Virus record (IMG/VR): IMGVR_UViG_3300030060_006589
Location: 1-60,568 of that record
Reading direction: 5' to 3' (one strand)
Length of the DNA: 60,568 bases
DNA from: a virus
Lineage: Duplodnaviria > Caudoviricetes
Positions 8,774 to 19,644 of this stretch are shown here, in pieces (positions within the stretch are counted from its first letter, which is position 1; the number at the start of each line of letters is the position of its first letter). A program made the translations under genes and the position numbers. Under the pieces are notes generated by a model. It was not told the origin of the DNA, did not search any database, and saw nothing but the letters and a program-made list of their open reading frames with translations.

Positions 8774-11170
8774 TTACATTCCTAATTGTAAGTCTGGATC
8801 TTCTATAGGTCCTTCATTACCTTTTCTTTGCTCAATCATCTTAGATTGAAAGTGTGCACTTTTCTCTACTGTCTTCTCTCTAGACTCCCCTTGAGCTTGG
8901 TTAGCTGCCACTTTTCCAATGTTTCCAGCTTGTATTTCTTTTAATCTCCTAACATGAGAAGCTTCCTCAAACTGATTCTTTAACTGAAACTCCATTTGCA
9001 TCTTCTGCATTTCAAACTGAGAATCCATCTCTTTCATTTTAGCATCTATCTGAGCTTGCATCTGAACCTCTTGTTGCTTCATTTGTGCCGCCACAGCTGC
9101 CGCCTGTTGCTGTTGTTGAGAATTAGCTTGTGCCTGACCTTGAGCCATAGCCATCTGCTCTTGCTGATATTTCTTTCTTCTTAAAACAAGCATCTTAGAT
9201 CCTAGCTTAGGATTATTAATGTCTCTAATTGTAATAGCATCTTCTATTCTAAGCTCCTTTTGGGCTAAAGACATTTGTATAGCTTGTTCTAATTGAGCCT
9301 TTTCTTGTTCGTCTGGAGCTATTTCGATAGCAATACCAAAATCATGCAAAGAAACATTTTTATTAACCTCTATTGTTTTCATTACAGACTTGCCTAGTGC
9401 AGACATGTATCCTTTAACTGGTTTGTCATACTCAACTATATCCTGTAACTTCATACATATAGACTTAGCTAAGTTTTCAACCACCTTATTAAATCCATCA
9501 TCTATAGCTCTAGTAGCATTATTAGAAGCCATCAACTGCATTTTTTGAACACCTACAAGTGCTTCACTGGATGGTTTAGCACCATCTCTAGCTTCGTTTA
9601 CACCCGTCACATCTCGAATCATATTTAGATTGTGCTGATATATTTGTATAAGTTGCATCATATCTCTACCAATACCATTTTCAAGCTCCTGTATAGGCAA
9701 AGTGCTAGAAGCTACACCTTCATCATCTATACGTCTATAATATATATTACCAGTTTGATCATATATCTCCTGTAATTCTAATGGTGTAAAAGTACCACCA
9801 TCTCCTTTAGAAACATTCTCTAAAGATCCAATTTCAAAGGCAGCCCCTTTTGGTCTAGCTTTAGCTAAGACTTGTTGCATTTTTAAATGTGCTAGTTGTA
9901 TTTGATCAGCAAAAGGAGTCATTCTTTCAACTAAAGACACATTACGCATATTATTTAAATTAGGGCTGTATAGTATATATGATAACCTTGTTTCTGATAA
10001 ATTAGATTTAGGTCTAGACATATTTTTAGCCAACTCATAATCAAAGATATAGTCACTTCCAACAATGTATTTTCCGCTATACACAACTTTTACAGTGCTT
10101 TTTAACTGCTCTCTTTTATGTTTAGATTTTTTAGGTGGTTTATACCCCTTCTTTCTTTTACGAACAGAAAAACCTCCAAATGCGTTATCTTTCTTTTCAA
10201 AATTTAAATCGTAAGTCGACATAAACTCAGCATCCATTATTTGAATAGAGAACTTATCGTATTCATTAGCGTGAGAAGAGTAGTTTCCAAAAGATCTTCC
10301 ATACAGACTATCTTCATCTTTATTTTTAGTAGCGTAATTCTGAGCTATATCATCATACTCATCATCAGTAAACTGTTCTCCAGCCATTTGTTTTAATTGA
10401 GATATAGTCACTGTGTAAACTTCTCCAGCGTGTTGTATATTTCTATAGTCAGAAGTTTGAGAATGTGATGTTATTAAGTTTAAAGGATCTACATATCTTA
10501 TTTTTATACCTTCTGATGGATCTATATAAGTTTTTAAACCCGCTGTACCAACAACAACTAAATCTCTTATACATTTTTTCTTTATCTCATCAAAATCATT
10601 TTGTTGAAGAACAAACTCTACACCTCTCTCTATAGATATTTCATGTGCCTGTTTGTAGTTTAATGTCATAAACAGTTCTATCTCCTCCATGCTTTCAGGA
10701 ATAAAACCCTTTTTGTTAAAGTTAAAACCTGTAGACTTAGAGACTTTTTGTCTAATAGGAGCATTCATCATATCAGCAACCATCACCTTTTTATCCTTTC
10801 TTCTTTCGTCTGTAGACAACTTATCTATAGCGTTAGCTTTTATAGCAAACTCTCTGTTTGTCATGTCTCCACAAACCACATCTACAAATTTAGGTATTAT
10901 AGAAACTGGAGTCCAGTCTATATTCATATAGGAAGAATCTCCCTCAACATCTAATAAGTCTTTATACTTAGAAACACTTTGTGTTCCTTCAGCGTATGCT
11001 CTCATTTTATTGAAAGCTCTTTTTTTATCTTGGTAGGCTAATTCTGTGCTATTCTTCCAATCAGAGTACATAGTCTTAAAATATTGAAGACCATATTCTT
11101 TGGAAGCCTTTTCTTCGTTTGTTGCGAAAACAGTAGGATAACCCCCTATTAATTCAAATTCTTTTTTCAT
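8774..11170 (-). CDS. Portal protein
   Basis: 798 aa directly after the terminase, with IIPKFVDVV, RDVTGVNEARDG and a Gln-rich C-terminal coiled coil like P22/crAss portals. Confidence 0.88.
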   Translation of the reverse strand: MKKEFELIGGYPTVFATNEEKASKEYGLQYFKTMYSDWKNSTELAYQDKKRAFNKMRAYAEGTQSVSKYKDLLDVEGDSSYMNIDWTPVSIIPKFVDVVCGDMTNREFAIKANAIDKLSTDERRKDKKVMVADMMNAPIRQKVSKSTGFNFNKKGFIPESMEEIELFMTLNYKQAHEISIERGVEFVLQQNDFDEIKKKCIRDLVVVGTAGLKTYIDPSEGIKIRYVDPLNLITSHSQTSDYRNIQHAGEVYTVTISQLKQMAGEQFTDDEYDDIAQNYATKNKDEDSLYGRSFGNYSSHANEYDKFSIQIMDAEFMSTYDLNFEKKDNAFGGFSVRKRKKGYKPPKKSKHKREQLKSTVKVVYSGKYIVGSDYIFDYELAKNMSRPKSNLSETRLSYILYSPNLNNMRNVSLVERMTPFADQIQLAHLKMQQVLAKARPKGAAFEIGSLENVSKGDGGTFTPLELQEIYDQTGNIYYRRIDDEGVASSTLPIQELENGIGRDMMQLIQIYQHNLNMIRDVTGVNEARDGAKPSSEALVGVQKMQLMASNNATRAIDDGFNKVVENLAKSICMKLQDIVEYDKPVKGYMSALGKSVMKTIEVNKNVSLHDFGIAIEIAPDEQEKAQLEQAIQMSLAQKELRIEDAITIRDINNPKLGSKMLVLRRKKYQQEQMAMAQGQAQANSQQQQQAAAVAAQMKQQEVQMQAQIDAKMKEMDSQFEMQKMQMEFQLKNQFEEASHVRRLKEIQAGNIGKVAANQAQGESREKTVEKSAHFQSKMIEQRKGNEGPIEDPDLQLGM

Positions 11171-13195
11171 CTATATTTTCTTAGACATTAATCCTGTATT
11201 CCTATATTTTTTTACAAAGTTAAGGTTTATTTTTGGAATTTTCTTTTCAATTACATGTTTTTGTGCAGCCAAAAGTGCTAAGCTTGACGCAACTGTAGCA
11301 TCATACTTAGTTCTGTTAGTTGGTTCAAACCTACTCCAGTCATCTAGAAGCCTGTTAAAATAACATTTTCCCATCTCTTGAGTGTCTGTATTCATACCAA
11401 CGTAATCATACACATAGCTAGCTACCGCTTCTGTTTGTGCATTTAAAACAGCAACACCAGTGGAAGGTATACCTTTTGTTTTTTGCTTCCTACTATTGTC
11501 CGTATGCGTAGATTCTGGTCTGTCCATTAAATAATTATAATAACCTCTTCTTTCAAAATACTTTATTATTCCTATTTTATTATTTTCTATAAGTATAGGG
11601 CACCCGTAAAACACACAGGTTTTCAATACGTCCTCATAAAACATTTCTGCCTTAGGAGGTCTAGCTATATATTCACAAACAAACTGATTAGAAAAATCAT
11701 CTATCATACTAAACTTTTTGTAAACATAACAAGCAGCATCAGATCTTCTTCCGTCAGTAGTTGTGTCGTGATCGTAAGGGTCACATCCAGCTACCATCTC
11801 TATATCATTACCAGGAGCCTTTTTATTGTAAATCATTTTAGACTTGTTTCTTCTTTCTTCTGGAGGTATCCAAGAAACTCTCCATCTCCCTTGAGATCCT
11901 GGTTTCCACATTACGGAAGTATCTTTTTCTCCATTCTTCCAAATAAAGTCTCCTTTTACAATTAAGTTTCTAGCCTCTTCATTATAATCCATCTGTTGAT
12001 ATATTCTTTCAACATCAAAAGGACTGTATCTTGAGTCACTTCTAAAAGCTTCATCTATAGTAAAAGGTCTCTGTCTCTTTTCTTCTGAAAGCTTAGTAGT
12101 GTTCCCTTGATAAGCGTCTCTTATATTCTGTAAATATTCTCTAGCTCCTATATTTTTACCTGTAAACTTAGCCTGTTCTTTAGTTGGTTTGTCAACAACA
12201 GAAAATCCATATTCATCTATAAACCCCTCATACCCATCATAAGCTGGAGTAAAGTAAGAATACATTCCCGATCTAGTTCTTCCGTTAGCATCCCTTTCCT
12301 CTATGTTGCTATCAAACCATATATTCTTAAAATTCTCACCTCCAGAAACTTCCAGTTCATTAACAGTAGAAGGCATAAAGCATCTTCCTATTATTTTATC
12401 TCCCAGCGTTAAACATGATCTTACAACTTCCCAATTTTTTTCTACACTTGCCTCTGTCCACTTACCAGCCTCATCACATAAATACCTTATTAGCTTAACT
12501 GAGTCATATGAGTTTTCTCTAGTGTTTCTCCAATCTATCCTACTATTTAAAGCTTCTGACTTAGTAACCTTAGCGTAGTTCTTTGTTATCTTTTGTCCTG
12601 GAGTATTAAAACTAAGTGTACTCTTCGGATTATCGCTACCATCAATTATTGGTTGAAAAAAGAAAGGTAAACTTCTAAACATGTAAACCAACTTGTCTGT
12701 AAATAAAGACTTGGCATCAGCACCCGTTTTACTTGTTATGCCTCCATGAGAATTATATCTAGCTGTTATTTCATGTAGAAGCATAGCTGCCCCTTTATAA
12801 GAAGCTCCCTCTCTACGGTGTTTAACCATAATCATACCAAAACAATCAGGATCTTGTTTGCATATTTCCCAAAAGATAAAGAACCTCCTATCTCGATCTC
12901 TATACTCAGGATATCCAATATCCATCTTACACCAGTTTAAATAATAGTAATGCTCTCCTGTTATATAGGTGGGTTCTCCATTATTCATAAACCATACACC
13001 TTCATCTCTTCTTTTAAACTCTTGATCTATAAACCATGAATATTTAGGAACAGTATCCTCATTAAGCCCCTCAGGCATTTCAGTTCTTCTCCACTTCTGA
13101 TTCTTCTTTTTTAGATCTGAAAATAATATATCCTTTTTGCTAGGCTTAACAGGAAGCTTAAATTTTAAACCATTTACTTTTATATACCCTGTCAT
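11171..13195 (-). CDS. terL: Terminase large subunit
   Basis: KHRREGAS Walker A variant, YLCDEAGKW Walker B, GCDPYD and YDATVAS nuclease motifs. ATG 13195 preferred because a TATATTTG element at 13217-13224 overlaps the track's start at 13219. Confidence 0.92.
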   Translation of the reverse strand: MTGYIKVNGLKFKLPVKPSKKDILFSDLKKKNQKWRRTEMPEGLNEDTVPKYSWFIDQEFKRRDEGVWFMNNGEPTYITGEHYYYLNWCKMDIGYPEYRDRDRRFFIFWEICKQDPDCFGMIMVKHRREGASYKGAAMLLHEITARYNSHGGITSKTGADAKSLFTDKLVYMFRSLPFFFQPIIDGSDNPKSTLSFNTPGQKITKNYAKVTKSEALNSRIDWRNTRENSYDSVKLIRYLCDEAGKWTEASVEKNWEVVRSCLTLGDKIIGRCFMPSTVNELEVSGGENFKNIWFDSNIEERDANGRTRSGMYSYFTPAYDGYEGFIDEYGFSVVDKPTKEQAKFTGKNIGAREYLQNIRDAYQGNTTKLSEEKRQRPFTIDEAFRSDSRYSPFDVERIYQQMDYNEEARNLIVKGDFIWKNGEKDTSVMWKPGSQGRWRVSWIPPEERRNKSKMIYNKKAPGNDIEMVAGCDPYDHDTTTDGRRSDAACYVYKKFSMIDDFSNQFVCEYIARPPKAEMFYEDVLKTCVFYGCPILIENNKIGIIKYFERRGYYNYLMDRPESTHTDNSRKQKTKGIPSTGVAVLNAQTEAVASYVYDYVGMNTDTQEMGKCYFNRLLDDWSRFEPTNRTKYDATVASSLALLAAQKHVIEKKIPKINLNFVKKYRNTGLMSKKI

Positions 13196-13243
13196 AATAA
13201 ATTTTAGCCAATTATGCAAATATAATAAAATAAATTATACTCT

Positions 13244-13537
13244 CTATTTTTTAGCGTACTTTTCTGAGAAGCCAGCTCTGAAAGATTTTTCCTCTAATTC
13301 AGTTTGTTGATCGGCTGACACACCTTCGTTGATTTGATTTTGTATTTTATGTATAGCCATTAGAATATCTTGAGCGTCCATAAAACACTCTTTCTTTGCC
13401 TTCATAGCATTCCTAGCTTTATCGTCTTGCAATTCTGGATCTATAGGTTTCTTAACTTCCTCTAACAATAAATCAAATGCTTTATTCCCAGATTCTATTA
13501 GTCTCTCTAATTTTTTGCTTACATTTACTTCTTTCAT
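13244..13537 (-). CDS. Small helical protein, candidate terminase small subunit
   Basis: 97 aa directly upstream of terL, ending GFSEKYAKK. The call is positional only. Confidence 0.4.
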   Translation of the reverse strand: MKEVNVSKKLERLIESGNKAFDLLLEEVKKPIDPELQDDKARNAMKAKKECFMDAQDILMAIHKIQNQINEGVSADQQTELEEKSFRAGFSEKYAKK

Positions 13538-13775
13538 TTAATTTAATGTTTAATAATACTGCACACCTTTCGTAACACTCCATCTCTTCATAATATTCTA
13601 TCATAAAGTCTATGAATCCATCAAACACTTCTTGATCTAAATTTTCCTCTACCACGTTCCATAAAAAATATGGTTTCGATGAAGAGTCCAGTATGTCTTC
13701 TATAGACTTTCTACCAGTTAATAAATCGTAAGAATTTGAGACACATATGTCTATTATTTCTTGGGTATCTAACAT
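13482..13775 (-). CDS. Hypothetical protein with a UVR-like motif
   Basis: YYEEMECYERCAVL resembles the ExYExAA UVR helix pair. Confidence 0.4.
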   Translation of the reverse strand: MLDTQEIIDICVSNSYDLLTGRKSIEDILDSSSKPYFLWNVVEENLDQEVFDGFIDFMIEYYEEMECYERCAVLLNIKLNERSKCKQKIRETNRIWE

Positions 13776-14353
13776 TATTCGACTTTTGCTAATATATCAA
13801 AGTTACGCATTCTCAGTAATTTTTCACCCTCAATTATCATATCATATTCAGAATTTTCTGAAAAAACTACCTCGTCACCCCTTTTTACCCCTAATTTTTT
13901 AAGGTCGTCATTCATATATTCTACATATCCATGTAACTCTACATCTTCAGCTTCTGGCTTTAAATATATACCTGAGTCAGATACATAGTTAGATTCGTCT
14001 TCTACTTTCTGCTTAACAAAATTCCATTGATGTAACATTTTAAGCTTACCTTTTCTGACTCTAGCGTACATATAGGTCCAGTGTATGCTAAATACCTTTT
14101 CGTCATCATGGAACTTAACTCTGTTTTCTTCACTTGTCAAAAAGTGATGGCAGTATACTTTGTCTCCCACTTTAACATCTAACTTTAAACCTTTGGGTAA
14201 ACCTACAGGTAGTGCAACAACTGTGCCATACTGTCTAGCATGTTTTAACTCATCAAAGGAGGTGTCCATAAAAAGTTCCTTCCCGTTAACTATTATAGTA
14301 TCTTCGTGAATTTTTTCTACTTTGATAAAGTAGTAATCTCTTATTGGTCTCAT
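13775..14353 (-). CDS. GroES-like co-chaperonin with two tandem GroES-like domains
   Basis: MRPIRDYYFIKVEK...GTVVALP...DVKVGDKV, then FVKQ...SGIYL...GVKRGDEVVF...EGEKLLRMRNFDILA. Likely start is ATG 14353. Confidence 0.75.
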   Translation of the reverse strand: MRPIRDYYFIKVEKIHEDTIIVNGKELFMDTSFDELKHARQYGTVVALPVGLPKGLKLDVKVGDKVYCHHFLTSEENRVKFHDDEKVFSIHWTYMYARVRKGKLKMLHQWNFVKQKVEDESNYVSDSGIYLKPEAEDVELHGYVEYMNDDLKKLGVKRGDEVVFSENSEYDMIIEGEKLLRMRNFDILAKVE

Positions 14354-14354
14354 A

Positions 14355-14639
14355 TTAATTAACTTCGTATTGCTCCCTTTCTTGAATGTCAAATTCTATA
14401 GCTGTTGGTTGATCGAAAAACCTTTTCCAAGGTCTTGAAAACTCATCTCCCCTAGCTTTTACGTATACATCATAAACAACTTGCTGATGCTTATACCAAG
14501 CTGCTTCATCCTGTATAATTGCTGTTATTTCTATATTTCCAGCGTTCATTAGTTGACCCACTTTATATGTAAGTCCTTGTTTCAAATCCCCTATAGTTAT
14601 CTTTCTAATAATAGGATTTATAGATTCTATTTCACTCAT
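14355..14639 (-). CDS. Conserved phage hypothetical protein
   Basis: Likely start ATG 14639, with IRKITIGDLKQGLTYKVGQ. Confidence 0.5.
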   Translation of the reverse strand: MSEIESINPIIRKITIGDLKQGLTYKVGQLMNAGNIEITAIIQDEAAWYKHQQVVYDVYVKARGDEFSRPWKRFFDQPTAIEFDIQEREQYEVN

Positions 14640-14640
14640 T

Positions 14641-15042
14641 TTAAATTGAATTATTGTTATCCTCCGTCTCCATATCATAATGATACTTTAGATCTTCAAG
14701 GTTATCTATAGGAGTTCCACTTATATTGCAAAATCCTCCCATTTTTATTGATGTAGCCATCTCGTCATATTCATCATGCTTTTCTTTATGTAAAGCTACT
14801 TTAAGTAATATTAAGTAACCTATAAGGTCTGATACTGTATCTTCCGTCTTGTCATTTATACCTTTATTCTGTATACGCATAAGCTTATCATCTATACGTG
14901 CACATAAAGAATCTACTGGTGATCCTGAAGAAAATACATTTGATGGGTTAGTGGCTGAGTCGCCATAATCTCGGTTCTTCTGTATAAGAAGATCTTTCAT
15001 AGATTCGCACATCTCCTCTATGAGTTGTTCTGTGTTTTTCAT
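14641..15042 (-). CDS. Nucleotide-modification-associated domain 1 (DUF1599-like, all-alpha NTP-PPase-like) protein
   Basis: KNRDYGDS...RIDDKLMRI...EDTVSDLIGYLIL signature. Confidence 0.7.
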   Translation of the reverse strand: MKNTEQLIEEMCESMKDLLIQKNRDYGDSATNPSNVFSSGSPVDSLCARIDDKLMRIQNKGINDKTEDTVSDLIGYLILLKVALHKEKHDEYDEMATSIKMGGFCNISGTPIDNLEDLKYHYDMETEDNNNSI

Positions 15043-15086
15043 AATATTGTATTAAATTTAATTTCCACTAATATAGTGAAAAATTT

Positions 15087-16502
15087 TTATTCAAACAATA
15101 TCCTGCTAATTTTTTGGTAATGAACTGTTAAATCAGATGTTTTAGATCCTGCTTTTTGCTCTACTCCAATATAAGGTATTAGATCCTCATCGTCTTTTAA
15201 TGCTAGTGATTTTGTTGTTGTTGAACTTTGAGTTGCTCCACCAGCTGTTGCTGAGGTAACTAAACCATATTGAACATCATTTACAAATACAGAAACCTTT
15301 CTATTTACGTCTATTTCTATTCTAAGCCTATAAGTATTAGAGGCGGTTACCGCTATACCTAGGTCAGTAACATAATCAACAACAGATCCACTTGCATCTG
15401 TAGAATAAACAAAATGTAAATTAGCGTTTGTTGTTAATGTCCCATCTGTATCATCTGTGCAGAAAAGAAAATAAGCTTGATCAGTGTCAGTTGTGTATAA
15501 AGGATCTAGTGATGACTTTAGTCCAGCAAAAAAAGTATAGTCAGTTATAGTAGAACTTGTAGTAACAGCACACTGCCAATCTACTTGATTTTCAGTCCCC
15601 CATTTTATATGTGTCCAAGCTGATTGATTAGTATCTAGATGTGGAGCTATAATAACTTGATCACCATTTGCTCCGTCTGTAGTTAACACTATACCAGCAC
15701 GACTTCCTGACCACGTGACATCATCAGTAGAGGAGTTATGTCCAACTAACTCAAAGTCTGTATTAGCTATAGCTCTAGCTACAATAATAGCATCATTATC
15801 ACTATGACTAGCATCCGCATTTGTAAGAGGTGCTTGTAAAACAGAATTTGAAGCAGGTAATCTTTTAAAGAACTCTTCCAAGTAATATCTTTTAGAATTT
15901 GCTCTAAGGTTTCCTGTTCCCATTACCTCTACATCTGCATTAATACTAACTTTATCGTTAGTAGTATCTACAACAAATAAGCTTGTATTACCACTACGAG
16001 TAATTTTAAAAGCATCTGTGCTTGTTCCTAAAGAAAATAACGCTGTACCAGAATAATTTCCAACATGTAGAGTACAAGTAGGAACAGTTTGATTAATACC
16101 AAAGTAAGACGTTTTACTTGTTATTCTAGAACTAGAATCTTCCACATACAAATATGTATTATTTCCAGGAGAGCTAGGATCTATATCTCCAATCTTAGTG
16201 TTATACCCCCCTAAATTATCTCCAACATAAAACTTATTGTATCCATTAGTATTTTGAACTAATATAGACTGAGTAGAAGTTCCTATTATATGCAGGTTAG
16301 CTCTAGGAGTTGATGTAGTAGATAAGTTAAAAGATAAACTACCAACTATGTTAACTCTTGATTTCCCCAGAGATAAAGCACTTTGAACGCCATCTCCATC
16401 TTCTATTACAGTTGGAGTAGATCCGTTAAATCCTACTGTCGATTGAGTTTTTAATAGAGTTTTATAACTATCTTTTATACTTTGTCCTGTTAGTGTCGCC
16501 AT
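15087..16502 (-). CDS. Tail fibre/receptor-binding-type protein
   Basis: 471 aa, Thr/Ser/Gly-rich, with fibre-like GINQTVPTCTLHV segments and a C-terminal beta-sandwich-like region. Confidence 0.6.
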   Translation of the reverse strand: MATLTGQSIKDSYKTLLKTQSTVGFNGSTPTVIEDGDGVQSALSLGKSRVNIVGSLSFNLSTTSTPRANLHIIGTSTQSILVQNTNGYNKFYVGDNLGGYNTKIGDIDPSSPGNNTYLYVEDSSSRITSKTSYFGINQTVPTCTLHVGNYSGTALFSLGTSTDAFKITRSGNTSLFVVDTTNDKVSINADVEVMGTGNLRANSKRYYLEEFFKRLPASNSVLQAPLTNADASHSDNDAIIVARAIANTDFELVGHNSSTDDVTWSGSRAGIVLTTDGANGDQVIIAPHLDTNQSAWTHIKWGTENQVDWQCAVTTSSTITDYTFFAGLKSSLDPLYTTDTDQAYFLFCTDDTDGTLTTNANLHFVYSTDASGSVVDYVTDLGIAVTASNTYRLRIEIDVNRKVSVFVNDVQYGLVTSATAGGATQSSTTTKSLALKDDEDLIPYIGVEQKAGSKTSDLTVHYQKISRILFE

Positions 16503-16517
16503 TATATTTTATTATTA

Positions 16518-18869
16518 TTAAGTTACTGCTAGAGTTAATGTTGCTCCCCATAAATATTCATCGTCAGCTCCTAAATCCACCTTTATCAGTAAGTCTTGAG
16601 TAGCACCACCAGCTATAGTATTACTACTTAAAGCTTTATTTTCATTTCCATCGGCAGTTGTAGAAGTTACATTGTCAGTGGCACCAGTTTGATAATTATA
16701 AGACATTATAGTAACAGCACTAGAAATATTACTACTCATATGAACCTGAACATGCGTAACTGTGTGTCCAAAAGGTATTTCAATGTGAGCATACAATTCG
16801 TCACTAGCAGAATATTGATGTATACCCAACTTATTAGTTTGTTGATCTGCTGCAAACACAGGTCTTCCTGAGTCTCCATTTCCTATAAATTTATCAGGCA
16901 TAACCTTCATTGTAGTTGTTTGAACCACAACCTTACCATCTGATGAAGGCATAGAAGCAGAATTACCACCCTGTTCAAAAGTTATAGTTCCAGCAGCATC
17001 TAATATAATATTACCATCAGCGGCAAATTCAATGTGAGCAGCAGCAGCATTAGCATCTACAGTTGTAAAAGTAGCTTGACCATCAGCACCTATAGTTAAC
17101 TGTAAAAAATCATCTGTATTACCATTTGTATAAAAGAATGTATCACCTCCAGCATTGTCTATTTTAAGATCTCCATCTATATCAAGTGTTAAGTGAGCAA
17201 CAGTAGTGTCCGCATCCACCGTTGCTATGGTAGTAGCTCCTTCAGCACCTACAGCTATAGTAGCGTAATCATTTGGATTAGCAGAGCTTTTTATAATTAT
17301 ATCAGCACCAGCACCATTTGTAGCCGCTACATCTATACCGTAATTATTGGTTGCATCAGTAGATCGAAGGTATAAACAAGTGTTTGTATTGCTACCATTA
17401 GTATTTGCACTATCTACTGCTACTTCGATACCCGTTTGATTAACGGTACTATTAGCATCGTTACTTGTAGCTGAATCAGTGCAACTCATCTTAAAACCAA
17501 TGTATCTATGTATATTACCGTCACCAGTATCACCACTTTTAGTGTAATCCCAATCTCCAAAAACACCTTGTAGGTTGCTATAGTTAGCCGTTCCTGTTTT
17601 AGTAATATTAAAATCTGTCATAGATGCTGTTGTTAAATCATTAGCCACAACATCTATTACGGGGGCAGTTGTGTTAGCAGCATTTATATCTAGAGCTATT
17701 TGATCTGGATCAAAATTCTGAATCTGAACCGTTGGAGCTCCAGTAGCACCTGCACTAGCGTGACTAGCAACTTCAAGAATTCCATTTGGAGCATCTGAAG
17801 TGGCACCAATACTTATTCTATTGTTTCCTGCATCAAGGAAGAACATGTGTGTTTCATCGTCAGACTCTATTCTAAAGTCAGCATCTGCACTATCTTCATT
17901 AAATACCATAGCGGTACCATAACTTAAACTTAAAGTTCCTCCTGCTGTTATAGAAGTGTCTCCTGTAGAGTCAATATCTAATATACCAGCGTCAATATCT
18001 ACAATAGATCCAGCATCAGCATTTCCACTTATAAGAATAGCAGTTCCAGCTGTATGATCTGAGCCTAGTGTCAGTTGCCCATCAGCTGAAGTTGTTGACA
18101 CCATAACATTATCAGCTCCTCTGAACGTAGCATTATCTCCCGCTGTTATTGTTATATCGTCTACAGCGTCTATTGTTATACTGTCAGCTGAATCTATATC
18201 AATATTTCCGTCAATAACCATATTTAAGTGAGCTAATGCTGCATCAGCATCTACTGTTGTTAGAGTTGTTGCTCCATTAGCTTCTACATCTATAGTAAAA
18301 TAGTCAGCATTATTAGCACTACTCATAGCTTTAAAATCTGGACCCAAACCATTTGTTACTATAGTTTCTATTCCGCTAAGATTATCTCCACCTAAAACCT
18401 GTACATCCAAACCTTTATTAGTTACAGTTCCACTAGCATTTAAATTAACAACAGTGATCTTTTGACCTGTCATGTTCACAGTCGCACCAGCATTATTTGT
18501 GGCACCATCATAAATGTTAATTTGAGATCCTGTGATATCACTTGTTGCGGAAGCCCCTGTTACAGCAGTTTTATCAAAATCAATATTATGGATTACCTGA
18601 GTTACACTACTGGTTACAGATGTGTTATTAATATCAAGAAAAACAGCGTTACCTGTTGTAAGAGTAGAACTGGATATATCTATAATGTTAGCTGTTGTAT
18701 TATTAGCTTTTATATCTAACGCTATCTGATCTACATCAAGATTTGATATTGTAGCTGCAGCGGTGCCTCCGTCTGTTGGATTTTCTATGAATAGTTTTCC
18801 CCAGGATTTTGCTGCGGTTCCTAAACCTCCTTCCTGATCGGCTCTGGGTACTACGTTTGGTGTTGCCAT
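16518..18869 (-). CDS. Long tail fibre-type protein with internal duplications
   Basis: 783 aa, Ala/Thr/Asp/Gly-rich, with VFNEDSADADFRIESD and repeated DQIALDI and TVDAD..AH blocks. Confidence 0.65.
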   Translation of the reverse strand: MATPNVVPRADQEGGLGTAAKSWGKLFIENPTDGGTAAATISNLDVDQIALDIKANNTTANIIDISSSTLTTGNAVFLDINNTSVTSSVTQVIHNIDFDKTAVTGASATSDITGSQINIYDGATNNAGATVNMTGQKITVVNLNASGTVTNKGLDVQVLGGDNLSGIETIVTNGLGPDFKAMSSANNADYFTIDVEANGATTLTTVDADAALAHLNMVIDGNIDIDSADSITIDAVDDITITAGDNATFRGADNVMVSTTSADGQLTLGSDHTAGTAILISGNADAGSIVDIDAGILDIDSTGDTSITAGGTLSLSYGTAMVFNEDSADADFRIESDDETHMFFLDAGNNRISIGATSDAPNGILEVASHASAGATGAPTVQIQNFDPDQIALDINAANTTAPVIDVVANDLTTASMTDFNITKTGTANYSNLQGVFGDWDYTKSGDTGDGNIHRYIGFKMSCTDSATSNDANSTVNQTGIEVAVDSANTNGSNTNTCLYLRSTDATNNYGIDVAATNGAGADIIIKSSANPNDYATIAVGAEGATTIATVDADTTVAHLTLDIDGDLKIDNAGGDTFFYTNGNTDDFLQLTIGADGQATFTTVDANAAAAHIEFAADGNIILDAAGTITFEQGGNSASMPSSDGKVVVQTTTMKVMPDKFIGNGDSGRPVFAADQQTNKLGIHQYSASDELYAHIEIPFGHTVTHVQVHMSSNISSAVTIMSYNYQTGATDNVTSTTADGNENKALSSNTIAGGATQDLLIKVDLGADDEYLWGATLTLAVT

Positions 18870-18898
18870 ATTATTTCTTTTTTATATATTATTTATAT

Positions 18899-19249
18899 TT
18901 AACCTTCACTATTGTAAGGGTTAGGGAATACTGTAGCATCTATTGGTTGAACATCTCCTCCAGAGTCTACATTCCAATATCCCTCATCGTATGTTAATTC
19001 TAATTCATCATCAGGATCTTGCGGCATGTAATCATATACTCCATTAACTAATCCTGTAGCTGTGTCTAAATCCCAAGTATCATTAAAATCATACAAGGTT
19101 GGTATAGGTGTTACTGCGTCATATGTGCTTCCAGATAGAGTTGAGGTTGTTGCCTCCCACATGTAGTCTTCTATGACTACCGCTGTAGAAGAAGATCCAG
19201 CACCCGCTAAATCTCCAAAAACTAATGAAGCTCCTAACCCTAACGCCAT
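18899..19249 (-). CDS. Small acidic virion-type protein
   Basis: MALGLGASL start, located in the fibre gene cluster. Confidence 0.45.
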   Translation of the reverse strand: MALGLGASLVFGDLAGAGSSSTAVVIEDYMWEATTSTLSGSTYDAVTPIPTLYDFNDTWDLDTATGLVNGVYDYMPQDPDDELELTYDEGYWNVDSGGDVQPIDATVFPNPYNSEG

Positions 19250-19252
19250 ATC

Positions 19253-19618
19253 TTAATGTTTTGGTGCCAGGTAACATATTACTCCTCCATCAGCATCAGC
19301 AGCCTGCATTTTAAAAGTCGTCCATCTTCCGTATATTGTAAGACCTTTAGGGAATATTGTTCCAACTAAAATATCTTCTCCTCCTGTTCCTTCATCTCCT
19401 GTTCCCGCTGCGTGAGCATGGTTAGCTGTGTTTGGAAATATTCTAGATCCTGAAGCAGTATTCTCACAAGTCAAAGTATTTATAGTTGTGTCTGCCATAA
19501 ATGTTATAGCACATATAATCTTTGTTGAAGGTGGAGTTACTAGGTCTGTGTCGTTAACAAATATTGATCCATACTGTCCTAGAGTAGCTTCTTGAGCTTT
19601 TGTTCCTGATAATGCCAT
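19253..19618 (-). CDS. Small virion structural protein
   Basis: Likely start ATG 19618 (MALSG), with FPKGLTIYGRWT. Confidence 0.5.
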   Translation of the reverse strand: MALSGTKAQEATLGQYGSIFVNDTDLVTPPSTKIICAITFMADTTINTLTCENTASGSRIFPNTANHAHAAGTGDEGTGGEDILVGTIFPKGLTIYGRWTTFKMQAADADGGVICYLAPKH

Positions 19619-19644
19619 TTTATTTTCTTTTAAATTGTTCCGTA

